A stretch of 64,000 nt of DNA. Origin: the human T2T-CHM13v2.0 reference genome, Homo sapiens. Below, one piece after another: positions 11,944-25,079 of the stretch. Each line of letters begins with the position of its first letter. The first letter of the stretch is position 1. The translations under genes were made by a program, and so were the position numbers. The stretch is from the NCBI RefSeq assembly GCF_009914755.1, contig NC_060926.1. One strand, given 5' to 3'. A model generated the notes under the pieces. It saw only the letters and a list, made by a program, of their open reading frames with translations. It had not been told where the DNA came from and made no database searches.

Positions 11944-13323
11944 TGCCGGGCTTTCGTCTCTGCCCAGGGATGAAACCATCATGTGGCTTAATTGATATTT
12001 TGTGAAAGCTGCAAATTATGTGTGCAGTCCTGTCAATAATTCCTATTGGCTGACTTTCTCTCTTCTCCAATATTCTACAACCATATGTACAGTCAAAGCT
12101 GTCCACCTTTTACATTCATGATTGATGCTCCATAAATATGCTGGCTAGATAAAGCCGCAGCTGTTAGGCAAAGGAAAGAAAGACACATTTATCTGAGACC
12201 CAAGGCAGCTGTCAAGCAGTGGGAATGGCCCTGAAGGCCATAAAGAACCCAGAATGACTGACCGGGATCCGGGTGGACAGGAGCGGGGGGGTGGACTCTG
12301 ACCCCACCCACCCCCACACCTCCTATCCTTGCACTGTTCCGGGGATGAAGTGGATTTTGGGAGCTGGGCATGGGGCACAAACTCTCTCTAACAGCTGTGG
12401 TGGAACCAGGGCTCACTGCAAACCCCCTTTCCTGTTGGGACGCCTCATGGGCTGGACCCCATGAGGGCTCTTCAGAAAGGTGAGAACACGCAGTAAGACC
12501 TTTCTCCAAAGTTACCAAAGATGACAGCAACCCACGGTTAGCACAATTTTATAAAGACTGAAAACTTGCTGAGCCTGTGTAGTTAATAAGTGGAGACACA
12601 AGGCAAAATCCAATGATAAGCAAGTGAAGATCCATCGTTATGCGATGAACAGTATTTCCATGAAGTTCTGCTTAGTGAGAATAGAGATCACATGCTCCCT
12701 TCCATTTTTCAAACATTATTTCTTGTTCTTGCGGTCTGGAAGAAAATGACTGAAAGATTACTTTGTTTCTCTTTGATTCACTTTAAAAGATGTGGGAAAG
12801 GGAACGCGAGCTGCCCAGCTGCCCGGGAGACCAGGTTACCTTCCTTTACCCCGGAAGGCAGCCTGCCCTGCTACAGCATTGCCTCATGCTCCGATCACCA
12901 CACACATCAATGGCAGGAGGAGAGGGTCAGGATAACTCGGGACGGACTCCTCCCAGGAGCTCCCTGGGCGAAGGCGGTCCCATCGGGGAAGCGGGATTCC
13001 CTCCTCCAGTAGGGAAGAAGCACCCTCAGCAAGGAGACTGCCGAGGCGTGGGGACGCTCTGCTCTGCGTTTGTGGAAACCAGGCACTCGCCTGGCACAGG
13101 GTCTCGCACCCCGGTCTCGGTGCAGCCTTGTGTGGTTCTGGTGCTTGGGAGGGCGTGTTCCCCACGTGCCTACTGAGGAGCCGCTCCCTGGCTCAGGGCT
13201 CCTCCTCCACCCAACACCAGCATCTCCACATGGTCAGGTGCGGTTTTAAAAGCCGCGTTCTCAAGATATTCTTCACGTATCATGACATGTGCACAGGCAG
13301 AGTGCCAATCAAGTCCTTTCAGA

Positions 13324-14207
13324 GTACTCGGAGATCCAGTCACTGCGTTGGGTGTACTCGGAGATCCAGTTGCTGTGTTGGGTGTACTCGGAGATCCGGT
13401 CGATGGCGTTGGGTGTACTCGGAGATCCAGTCGGTGGCGTTGGGTGTACTCGGAGATCCAGTCGGTGGCGTTGGGTGTACTCGGAGATCCAGTCGGTGGC
13501 GTTGGGTGTACTCGGAGATCCAGTGGATGGCGTTGGGTGTACTCGGAGATCCAGTCGGTGGCGTTGGGTGTACTCGGAGATCCAGTGGATGGCGTTGGGT
13601 GTACTCGGAGATCCAGTCGGTGGCGTTGGGTGTACTCGGAGATCCAGTTGGTGGCGTTGGGTGTACTCAGAGATCCAGTTGATGGCATTCAGCATACTCG
13701 GAGATCCAGTTGATGGTGTTGGGTGTTCTCGGAGATCCAGTCGGTGGCGTTGGGTGTACTCAGAGATCCAGTTGATGGCATTCAGCGTACTCGGAGATCC
13801 AGTCGGTGGTGTTGGGTGTACTCGGAGATCCGGTCGGTGGCGTTGGGTGTACTCAGAGATCCAGCTGATGGCATTCAGCGTACTCGGAGATCCAGTTGAT
13901 GGTGTTGGGTGTTCTCGGAGATCCAGTCGGTGGCGTTGGGTGTACTCAGAGATCCAGTTGATGGCATTCAGTGTACTCGGAGATCTAGTCGATGGCGTTG
14001 GGTGTACTCGGAGATCCAGTTGATGGCATTCAGCGTACTCGGAGATCCAGTTGATGGTGTTGGGTGTTCTCGGAGATCCAGTCGGTGGTGTTGGGTGTAC
14101 TCAGAGATCCAGTTGATGGCATTCATTGTACTCGGAGATCCAGTCGATGGCGTTGGGTGTACTTGGAGATCCAGTCGGTGGCGTTGGGTGTACTTGGAGA
14201 TCCGGAT
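13324..14207. repeat. VNTR, 31-bp unit, ~28 copies
   Basis: Unit GTACTCGGAGATCCAGTCGGTGGCGTTGGGT; variant ...TTGATGGCATTCAGC appears only in the 3' half. Confidence 0.97.
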
Positions 14208-16171
14208 TGATGCTGAATATAGGGGGTCAGGAAGATGCAGTTCCTGACCGCTGGGTGTGGTCCCCGGAACAGCCAGGCTGCGCTGGGTGCTGAGGCCACT
14301 GCTGTCAATGAGGAGAGACCTGCTTTTGCAGGTGGATCAGAGAGTTCTGAACTCCTCTGTCATTTCATTAGGAAACAGGTTTTCAGGCCCTGGGCTGCAG
14401 CTCCTGGTGCTGAGAACTTTCCAGAAGGTTGGTGGCTCCTGTTCTACGCCTTGTCAGGGAAGATGTGGGTTCGCCCCAGGTGCTCCAGAAAGGTCGTGTT
14501 CTCTATGGAATGAAGACGGGTGGGCATAAGCGTGGGTCCGGGGCCACCCTCTGTCGTCCGCCGGCGTGTTTCTCATCCAGCCACGTCTCGGAAGGTCTGT
14601 GACTGCTGAAAACATTCTGTGCATGAACGTTGGGGAAGGAAACCCACCCAGAGGAGGGGCAGGCGCCACCCCAGGCGTCAGAGCACCAAGCCGCAGAGAA
14701 CGGAGGCAGCAGGTGCCCGGGACACACCGGGGAGACCGCAGGAGCAGCCCGTGTCTTCTGTGGCTCAGTCCCGCGAGAAACTGGAGGCCAGCGCTTCACA
14801 GCTCCCATTTGCAGAGACCAGCTCCCGTGAATGAAGCAAACAACCTGATGTTTGCATTTGCAAGAGGAACTATGATTGTGCCAGGGATGGGGTCTTCAGG
14901 TTGTGCATGAGAGTCTGGGGTCCATGCGTGGAGAGGGAGTGGTGTCAGAGGGTCAGAGCCCATGGGCGGTTCTGGGACATGGAAGCTGGTGTCGAGTCAG
15001 TCGGGGACGTGGCCTCCCCAGCACAGCCAGGGTGAGTGTCCTCTCTCTCTAAGGCGAGGCAGGAGGGGCCTCTTGTTTCTCAGCCCCCGCAGCTCTGGCC
15101 ACCCCAGGCTTATGGCACACGGTAATGGATATTTCTGAATGTCTCTTTGGCCAAATGAGTCTGGAAAATGATGTGCTAAGGTGCTCTTGGGATTGTTTTC
15201 ATGGATCCCAGGTTCGTCGTGTGTATAATGTGGCAATCTGCACCGTAAACCCCGAGCTGCGCAGCCTGGCGCGGCGTGCGTCCGTAACGCATTTAACCAC
15301 CATTTATTGTTGTTATTATCATTTTTATTATTGTCATTATTTGGGTAATAGTAAAGAAGTGTGCTTTATGTGGCTTTTCGTCATTTTTTAAGCCAAGTTG
15401 GCGGTTTTTTGTTTTATGCATGTTTCTCTTATTTTTAATTTCTTGAAATGTTCCTCCCTGGGTCCTCGAGGCAGATGATAAAATACATGTTATGCGTTTT
15501 TCACATTTCCAAAGAAAGAGTAGGGAAGTCCTGGAAAGATTTGCTAAATGTAGGAGCCAAGGATTTCAGAAAAAGCAATTTCTGTTTTTGCAGAAAGAAA
15601 TCAGGCATTTCAAGTGAGTTACTATTTATTTAAGTTAATCATTTATTAAGCTATTTTCATATGGTGCCAATGTAATCACTGGACATACATGTTAAGTCTA
15701 GGAAAAAACTATCATTTTTATTAATTTAACTAATTAATTATCAGAAATGCTGAATTGTGGCCAAGGTATGTGGCATTAACTCATCAGAATCCCTAAATTT
15801 AGGACCAGATGGGGCTGGCGGCAGGACACTGACACTCCCGGGGCGTGGGACCAAGGGCCACAAAAGAGCAGGTCCCCTGAAACCCTGAGAGCTCAGCGGA
15901 GGCTGGGCCTTTGTTGAGAAACTGGTTCCCTTCACAGAAGAGCAGCCCTGGACACACCCTTTCCTCTCCACAGGCTCCGCTGCACCCACCTGGTGAACCT
16001 GACACCAGCTGGCGCAGAGGGAGGTGAGACCTATGTCCGACTCAGCTCTGCTGCAGTGGAGAAAGTGCCATACCTTGTGACCTAGTTCACCATTTCTCAC
16101 CTCTGAATTTGTCTAAACTTCCTTCTCCATCTATTCATCTGTCCTTCTCTCCACTCACCTCTCTCTAAACT

Positions 16172-17407
16172 ACCCATCCATCCATCCATCCATCCATCCA
16201 CCCACCATCCATTCATCCATCCATCCATCATCCACCATCCACCATCCATCCATCCACCATCCATCCATCCATCCATCCATCCATCCATCCATGCATCCAT
16301 CCATCCATCCACCATCCATCCATCCATCCATCCATCCATCCATCCATGCATCCATCCATCCATCCATCCATCCACCATCCATCCATCCATCCACCATCCA
16401 TTCATCCATCCATCCATCATCCACCATCCACCATCCATCCATCAATCATCCACCATCCACCATCCATCCATCCACCATCCATTATCCATCCATGCATCTA
16501 TCCATCCACCATCCATGCATCCATCCACCATCCATCCATCCATCCACCATCCATTCATCCATCCATCCATCATCCACCATCCACCATCCATCCATCCATC
16601 CATCCACCATCCATCCACCCACCATCCATTCATCCATCCATCCATCATCCATGCATCCATCCACCATCCATCCACCATCCATGCATCCATGCATCCATCC
16701 ATCCATCCATCCACCATCCACCATCCATCCATCCACCATCCATCCATTATCCATCCATCCACCATCCACCATCCATCCATCATCCATCCATCCATCCATC
16801 CATGCATCCATCCATCCATCCATCATCCATCCATCCACCCATCCATCCATCATCCACCCATCCATCCATCATCCACCATCCATGCATCCATCCACCATCC
16901 ATGCATCCATCCACCATCCATGCATCCATCCATCCATCCACCATCCACCATCCATCCACCATCCATGCATCCATCCACCATCCATGCATCCATCCACCAC
17001 CATCCATCCACCATCCATGCATCCATCCACCATCCATCCCCATCCATCCACCATCCATCCACCATCCATCCATCCATCCATCCATCCATCCATCCACCAT
17101 CCACCCACCATCCATCCATCCATCCACCATCCATCCATCCATCCATCCATCCACCATCCATCCACCATCCATCTATCCACCATCCATCCATCCACCATCC
17201 ATCCATCCATGATCCATCCACCATCCATCCACCCATCCATCCATCCATCCATCCACCATCCATCCACCACCATCCACCATCCATCCATCCATCCATCCAC
17301 CACCATCCACCATCCATCCATCCATCCATCCACCATCCATCCATCCATCCATCCATCCATCCACCATCCATCCATCCACCCATCCATCCATCCATCCATC
17401 CATGCAT
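16172..17407. repeat. Degenerate (CCAT)n microsatellite, ~1.2 kb
   Basis: CCAT units interspersed with CCA, CCATG and CATT variants. Confidence 0.98.
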
Positions 17408-17585
17408 CTGTCACTCTGTTCTTCTACCCACCCATTTAGCCACCCACCTCTGTCCATCTGTCATCCCTGTCCAGCTATTTATACACATCAAGACGTAATC
17501 TGGCACTGCTGGGCAAGGTTAGTAAATAAACTCTGAAATGTTTTCCACAGAGGCAACCTTGGCACTCAAGTGACCAGAGTCGCCC

Positions 17586-17871
17586 TGTATTAGCTTCAGA
17601 TGCTGTAACAAAATCCCCTAGACTGTGGCTTATCTGACAGGAATTCATCCCTCAGAGTCCGGAGGCTGGAAGGGCCAGGGCTGGCAGGTGCCACGTTTGG
17701 TCTCTCTCTGTGGCTTGAGGATGGCCCCCTTCTCCGTGTGTCCTCACATGGCAGGGAGAGAGACAGCTCCGGCCTCTTTCTCATCCTATAATCACCCCAC
17801 AGAGGCTCCACTCCTAATCCCATCACGTTGGGGTTAGGGCTTCAACACGTGGGTTTTGAGGGGACACATTC
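17586..17871 (-). mobile_element. MLT1A/MSTD-type MaLR LTR (internally deleted)
   Basis: TGTATTAG..GCTGTAACAAAAT, TGTGTCCTCACATGGCAG, GGGGTTAGGGCTTCAACAC..TTTTGAGGGGACACATTC. Confidence 0.75.
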
Positions 17872-18030
17872 CGTTCCCCCTGTATTCAGCATCAATCAGG
17901 GGAAGGAAGATGAAGTATGAAATCGCCAAGCTGTAAAACCCTAAAAGGGAAAGTAAACGCTCCTCTGCCAGTGGCTTTGGGCTTTAGTTTGACGTTTTGA
18001 AATTCAGACCTAAACCAGGTCTTTGACATT

Positions 18031-18486
18031 TGATACGGTTTGGATCGTATCCCTGCCCACGTCCCACGTGGACGTGGAATCTCCAGCGTTGAAGGCGGGG
18101 CCTGGTGGGAGGTGATTGGATCACGGCCGGCGTTCCCACAAATGGCTTCACACCGTCGCCTCCGTGACGCCCTCGTGACACTGAGTGAGCAAGTTATTGT
18201 GAGACCTGGTCGTTTGAAACTGAGTTGGGGCCCAGCTCAGCGGGCACGACCCTGCTCTGGGCCACGCTTACGCGCTTGTTCCTAACGCAGCCCGTCTCTC
18301 CCTCCCGAAGAGCCTGCTTCCCTCACCTTCGCCAGGACTGAAGGTTCCCTGAACTCCCCAGAGGCCGAGCAGAAGCACGAGGCTTCCTGTACAGCCTGCA
18401 GAACCGTGAGCCAATTAAACCTCTTTCCTTGATAAATGACCCCTCTCAGGCATTTCTTTATAGCAGGGTGAGAACAAATGAATACA
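18031..18486 (+). mobile_element. MSTA/MSTB solo LTR carrying a foreign internal insert
   Basis: TGATACGGTTTGG start, GGCCTGGTGGGAGGTGATTGGATCA, CAGCCTGCAGAACCGTGAGCCAATTAAACCTCTTT, ends AATACA; TSD ACATT/CCATT. Confidence 0.9.
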
Positions 18487-19039
18487 CCATTCTAAGTATT
18501 AATATAATAACTTGTCCGCTGGTCTCACAAAACCTACCCTTGCTGTATATTAACTTTGTGATAATGCGTATTAATTTATAAGTGCATTTTAAATTCTTTG
18601 GCAATTTTTATTTTTATAAATTAGATATGTCCTTAGTTCTTTTTACATTTGATGAAAACATTGAGTCTTCCAATGAGTGTCATAACAAAATAGGTTTTTT
18701 AAACTTTGTATACAAATGTTATATACAATATTATAGAGAGATATTTTATAGAATGTGCCCAATGTTGAGAAGTTAAAATATTTTTATTTTGCATTGGGTA
18801 GAAAAAAAGGAAATGGGATAGATGCAACCTCTATTAAAAGACATTTCTCTTCCACTTGCAACCGTGATGTGTAACCAGCAGCGCAGGGGTCACGACCTTC
18901 CTTCACACATGCAAAGGGTAAGGAAGACCCCGGCCAGCAAGACACTTCTTGAGTGGGGGATTTTTAACATTGCGCTGAAATGGAAATGCCAGCTCTGTAG
19001 AAGGCATCATATTTTTAATTTTTAATGTAATGTAATTTA

Positions 19040-19193
19040 TTTTAAAGACAGGATCTTGCTCTGTCACCCAGGCTGGAGTGTAGTGGCACGGTCAGTCACG
19101 GCGCACTGCAGCCTGGACCTCCTGGCCTTAGGGTTCCTCCTACCTCAGCCTCCTGAGTAGCTGGGACTCCAAGCACATGCCACCATGCCTGGC
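19040..19193 (-). mobile_element. Alu monomer (FRAM/AluJ right arm)
   Basis: GACAGGATCTTGCTCTGTCACCCAGGCTGGAGTG...CCTCAGCCTCCTGAGTAGCTGGGAC...CCACCATGCCTGGC. Confidence 0.9.
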
Positions 19194-19831
19194 ATATCAT
19201 TAAAAAAACCTACACTTTCTTTTATCTGTTTTAAATAATATTTTAATTATGCATTAGATATTTTAGTGTTTTTGTGCGTGGAAGTGGCTTTTGAACATGT
19301 ACTAGGAATTGCCTAATGGTTTCAAAATGCACATTTTTAAAAGCATCTTTGCTCTTTATCTAAGAAATGCTGGATATCATTTTACAAGGTTAATTATTTG
19401 ATATATTTGGATTATTATAATAAGTGTTTTAGTTATCCTATGTATACTGAAAACACATTGCTGTAGTATCACGTAGCTGTGTAACAATTACTTAAATGAT
19501 TTGTGTTGTCCATTTGTATTTGAACTTTTCTGGATGGAAATGTTTATACTCGGCTTACCTGAGATGGAAAACACTTCTGTCTGGGGTTTGAAGAGGGCAG
19601 GGTGTTTGGCGCTAGTGACGTTTGCACCCGGGATTCTGGGTCTCCCCAGGACCCGTGGGCGGATTCAGCCTCTCCCAGCCTCCGCCCCTGCTGCCCCAGC
19701 TGGGACCAGTTCCCAACTCAAGGCTTAGTCCCAAGCCTGGTTAGCAGAAGGTCAGCTTATTCCCTTGAGTCCCCTAGTGTCAAATGAGAGGCCCTTCCTC
19801 CTCTCATCACGGAGATCGAGATTGCGCTCCC

Positions 19832-20325
19832 TGTACTCGACGGCCAGCCACTGCATGAACCACTGACGGAGCAGCTCAGATGACAGACACCCCCGTCCCC
19901 AGCTCCTAAGGTGGCTCAGACCACAGACACCCCGTCCCCAGCTCCTAAGGTGGCTCAGACCACAGACACCCCGTCCCCAGCTCCCGAGGGGGCTGAGATG
20001 ACAGACACCCCCATCTCCCAGCTCCTGAGGCTGGACATCCAAGGCCAAGACACCCAAGGGCTTGTTCCTTCCAAGGCTGCGAGGGAGGCCTGTGCTTGGC
20101 CGTCTTCCCCCGTGTCCTCACCTTGTCTTTCCCTTGTGCGTGTCTTTATGCCCAAATTTCCCCTTTCCATGAAGACCCCATTTGCACTGGATCAGGGTGC
20201 ACCCTAATGAACTCACTGTAATTTGAACTCTGTGAAGACCCCATCTTCAAACAGTCACAGTCTGAGGTCCAGGAGGTTCAGTCTCCAGCATGTCTTTTTG
20301 GAGGGGCCCAGCTCAGCCGGCACGA
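19832..20325 (-). mobile_element. MLT1B/C-like LTR with an internal 39-40-bp minisatellite
   Basis: GCCCAAATTTCCCTTT, GGATCAGGGTGCACCCTAATGAACTCA, ACAGTCACAGTCTGAGG, TCTTTTTGGAGGGG. Confidence 0.7.
19872..20030. repeat. Minisatellite, 39-40-bp unit, ~4 copies
   Basis: CAGACACCCC at 19884, 19924, 19963 and 20002. Confidence 0.9.
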
Positions 20326-20639
20326 CCCTGCTCTGGGCCACGCTTATGGCGTCTGTCCCTTACGCGGCACCACAGCCACCGCACCGCGACGCCACGCACT
20401 GACACATCCCCCTGGGGGCTGGGACTCTGCTGGACATTTCCCAAGTTATCCAATTGGTTTCTGAGTCTCTCAAGGATTCTTGAGAACAATGAATATCTCC
20501 TTTCAGGACAGAACTCCTGGCAGCTTCTGCTGGGTCCACTCCTTCACCTGGAGCCGACCCTGCCTGCTGGGCTCTTGGCCACTGGCAGTTGCAGAAGGAG
20601 ATGGGGTGGGGAGGGGCCCACCATTCTCCTCACATTCTG

Positions 20640-21024
20640 ATTCTTGCTGAGGTGGTGACTAAGGCTTCACTCGGTACCTCTGCGATAGGGGAGAAGGTCA
20701 CACTCAACTCTGAATAGAGCAAAGGCGGCTGACTTGTGCCGATGAGCACAGTTGGGGGACAGAAAATGACCAGGAGGAGATGTCGAGGCACAGGTTTCTT
20801 GTTGAGGGCAGGGCAGCGGGATCAGACAGGAAGAGTGAGGATGGGGAATTTGGTCAGACACCAGGAGTGGAGTGTTCTGGATGAATGGATGTCACAGGAT
20901 TCTTGCTAAGGCTGGGCAGGCCCAGCAAGCTCAGGGTGGACACAGAAGGTCAAGGTCCAGGCGTGTCGGAGAGGCTCAGAGGAGCCCGAAGGAAGGAAGG
21001 CTGGTCCAGGAGGGACCTTTGCCA
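20640..21024 (-). mobile_element. MER31-like ERV1 LTR
   Basis: CAGGATTCTTGCTAAGGCTGG, GGTCAAGG, GGCTCAGAGGAGCC and a ...CTTTGCCA terminus resemble the reverse complement of the recalled MER31 5' end. Confidence 0.6.
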
Positions 21025-21644
21025 CCACTGAGGTCCTCTGACGCCACCTCATCTGCTCGACCTGACAACATTTCCCCCCGGGGAGGCGGTGGTGCAAGTG
21101 TGGAAGTGTCTCCTGGACTGACCGCCCGCCCTCATCATTGGATTCCATCTGCAGGTGCTGAAGGTGCCCTGCACAATGGGAAACGGTTGGAATTGGAACT
21201 TTAACCAGAGTGATAACCGTGAGAGTTACCTTGCAAAGTGCCTCCGCCTGTTCCTTTTATTTCAGAGTCGGCTGCTCCCACACTCTGTGTCCAAGACTCT
21301 CGGACGTGAGGCTGAGAGCGGGAGTGGCAGAGACTTCTTTAGCTTCACCTGCAGCTGCCGGCCACGTGCTCTGACACCTCTGAGGCCTACATCTCCAGAT
21401 CGCACCTTCCATGGGTCCTTGCTTTGTATTTTCCCGCAACTGGACTCATGCCTCCTTTCTCATTCTGCAAACCTGCCAAGGCCATGCAGGCACTCTGGCT
21501 CTCAAAACCAGCTGGGATGCCAGGACTGAGGCTCACTCTGAACCACCTGCGTGCCCAGGGCTGGGCAAAGACCTGGTGCAGCCAAACCTCAGAGGAGGAA
21601 AGGCAACGTTGTGAGCAAATTAGAAAGGGGTCGGGGGAGAAATT

Positions 21645-21850
21645 CATACACACATACACATATACATGCATACACACATGTATACACACACATGCACACG
21701 CACACACACATACATATATACACACATACATGCATACACACATACACACATACACATATACACACATGCACATGCACATACACACATACACGTATACACA
21801 CATGTATACACACATACACACATGTACACAATACATACACATACACACAG
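21645..21850. repeat. Degenerate (CA/TA)n microsatellite
   Basis: Direct reading. Confidence 0.95.
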
Positions 21851-22510
21851 GCACATTGGTATATACAAGTATACATAGAGCTGATCTCAGTTTACACAAA
21901 GCAGTCTTTTCAAATGTTTGCCTTAGAATAAACAATCTTTCTCTAGTATTTTTAAAAAATAAAACCAAAGACACTGACAAGTCTGATGCAAAGAACGAAG
22001 CTGCTGCTGATCCGCCTGCTTCTACATGGGCAAGATTGACTCTGGGTAAAAACAAGAGAAAGCAGGGAAAAGTTGAAAATAGGGACAGAGCCAGCCTACA
22101 GACACTACCTTCCTATCCTTCCCTTCTCCCCTGCCTGCCTGAGGAGCAAAAAGCCTCGTCTAAGGGAGGCTGGACAGAATCTAAACAGATAAGCCAGCAG
22201 TGAAACCGCTTCCCGGGGCACGCACAGCAGGTGCAGTTGCTAGGTCAGCATCCCCTCCTCCCGGCCCACAGCTTTACTGGAGGAGAGCAGCAGGACAAAG
22301 CCAGGCTTACCTGGGCCACGCGGGGCCTAAGTTCTGCTGTGTGGGAAGGGTGGGTGCTGGAGAGGAGTCCCTGTGTGCAGGGCATGGGTCTCACCTTGGC
22401 TTCTGTCAAAGCTCAGCCTGCACGGCGTTCCCAGGATGCAGCTGGTGATCGCATCCGTCCTAGGAGGACACAGTAACTGGTATCCAGGGCACTCCTAATG
22501 TGGCGTCTGA

Positions 22511-22951
<441 letters not shown>

Positions 22952-23109
22952 TGAGACCTCCGTTGTCCTGGGGAGTGGGTGGTGGCCTTCGTCGCAGGCA
23001 GGGCTGGTCAGAGGCGACGCCTGTCCTGGCCTGCTTGTCACAGCCAGGTAGGCACCAGGCCAGAAGCTGCAGAGCCCAGGCAGTATTGCTCACCTGTCCA
23101 GCGCGCTGT

Positions 23110-23460
23110 CCGTATTTATGGGAAGTTTTCATACACGCATGCAATGTGTGATGTTCAAATCAGGGTCGCTGGGATGCCCACCGCTTCAGACATGATTTCT
23201 TTGTGTTGGGAACATGACTTTCTCTTCCAGCTCTCTGAAATACACAATAAGTTACTGTGAACTCTACTCACCCTACCATGCTCCTGAAGGCTGCAACGTA
23301 TTCCTTCTATCTCACCATACGTTTGCACCCATTCACCTGCTCCTGAAGGTTGGAACATATTCCTTCCATCTCACCATACGTTTGCATCCGTTCACCTGCT
23401 CCTGAAGGCTGGAACGTATTATTCCTTCCATCTCACTGTACACTTGCGCCTGTTCACTGA
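23110..23460 (-). mobile_element. L1MA-type 3' end fragment with a 59-bp x3 tandem expansion (23279-23457)
   Basis: TTCAAATCAGGGT, TTTCTTTGTGTTGGGAACAT, GAAATACACAATAAGTTA; TGCTCCTGAAGG at 23279, 23338 and 23397. Confidence 0.75.
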
Positions 23461-23959
23461 CCGCTCAGCTTTTTCCTGCTTCTGCCTGTGAGTTTGGAAG
23501 CGACAGAGGATACGCTGTTTATGCGTTGGAGCTAACACTAGAATTGCTAATTATTTTTATCATTACATTTTACTTTATTTTGTAACTTACTAGCTAAACT
23601 CATTGCTGTGTTAATTTTGTGGTTGCTTTGGGTTTCTGATACACATGGTTAACATACCACAGTCTTCCTCCGAGCAACGCTGTGCCATTTCACGGCAGTG
23701 AAAGGCCCGGGAAGGATCCCCTGCCATTGTCTGCCCGCAGCCACAGTGCTATTACCAACGTACGTTTTATTCTATGCGTACTATAAACCCAACGATGCGC
23801 TGATACTAAACTTGTTTTAGGAGGTCAAGTATGTTTTAAGTAGATGAAAATAATGAGAAGTATTTTCTGCGAAGCGTGCAGGAGCCATTTCCCATATTCT
23901 CTTCCCTTGCTGGAGGGCCAGCTCCTTACCCGGCGCCCTTGACTTCATTCGGTGGATGT

Positions 23960-24725
23960 CCCCGTAAGTGCGTGCCGCCAACACTGGCCATGGATGTCGT
24001 CATCTTTTCTGCTTGTGAAAATGTCTTCGTAGCACCCTCATTTTGGAAAGATAAACCTGCTGAAAAAATGTTCCAATTTGACCGTGTATTCTCTCGTTAG
24101 TTAAGACCTCCCACTCTGCCCGTTTGCTGGGTTTCTTGGCTGTTTCTCTCTGCAGTGTGCCCTTTTGCTGGGTCTGCGAAGCAGGAGATTTTGCCATTTC
24201 ATTAGAATGTTCCCTGACGTGCTTTTCTTCATGTTTCCTGTGCTTGGGGTTGCTGGAGCTTCCTGGATCTGTGTTGATAGTTTTTATGAAATTTTGATGT
24301 TTTGGCCAGTTTTTTCCTACACATTTTCTTATTTTTCCCCAAATCCACTCTCCTTTGTGGACATCAACTTTGAGTATATGAGGCTTTGTGAAGCTTGCCA
24401 CAGCTCACAGGTCCTCTGTCTCCGTTTGAGGGGTCTCTGTGGCCGTCTTCAAGTGAACCGATTTCTTCTTTTGCAATGTTCACTCACCCTCCACCCCACC
24501 AGATTTGTTGTGTTTTTATTTCTGACACTGATGTTGTTATCTTCAAACTTTGATTTTGGCCTTTCTGATTTTCCCTGGCTCTATTTAATGCGTCCTCTCT
24601 TCCCTCTTCCTTCCTGAACATCCGGAACACGATCCATATGGCTGTTTTAAAGTCTGTATCTTCTATTTCTATTGTCTGTTCTGTTTCTGGGTCAGTTTCC
24701 ATAGATTGATTGATTCTCCTCTTCT
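23960..24725 (-). mobile_element. Old L1M fragments
   Basis: GAAAATGTCTT..CCCTCATTTTGGAAAGATA, GAGCTTCCTGGATCTGTG, GCTGTTTTAAAGTC, TTTCTGGGTCAGTTTCCATAGATTGA. Confidence 0.6.
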
Positions 24726-25009
24726 TGGAGTCTATCGACCAGGGGCTCGGGGTGGGTGGCTGTCCAGACACCCTGTGCTCCTCTCCAGAAGGAAGTCTTA
24801 TGAGACCACTGCTCTCCCAGAGGGCAGAGGAAGCTGCTCAGCTCTCACAGCATCCACAGGACCCCCCAAAACCCCTGCCCAATCCTGGGTCTGAGTCCCT
24901 CCTCTGAATACACAAGGCCTGAAGACACAGCGTTCAGAGGAAGGAGCTCAGACCTCCCCGATCAAATGGTATCTTCTTTGAAAGAATATGGCGCCACATT
25001 TGGGGTTGT

Positions 25010-25079
25010 CAACTGCGGCCAGGTCAGTACGTCTTCACTTTGATCAATTGCGGCCAGATCAATACGTCTGCACTCTGAT
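25010..25079. repeat. 35-bp tandem duplication (2 copies)
   Basis: CAACTGCGGCCAGGTCAGTACGTCTTCACTTTGAT / CAATTGCGGCCAGATCAATACGTCTGCACTCTGAT. Confidence 0.85.

Noticed and set aside
13324-14207. CRISPR-like array (31-bp repeats; also the 37-bp array at 47372 and the satellite at 48610)
   Set aside because: Units are head-to-tail with no unique spacers, there are no cas genes, and the context is primate (Alu/L1)
11193-14308. Repetitive ORFs of 130-250 aa
   Set aside because: Products of the 54-bp and 31-bp VNTRs
16097-17498. His/Pro/Ser/Ile- and Met/Asp/Gly/Trp-rich ORFs
   Set aside because: Translation of the (CCAT)n microsatellite
21387-22203. 222-259-aa His/Thr- and Cys/Val-rich ORFs
   Set aside because: Driven by the (CA/TA)n tract
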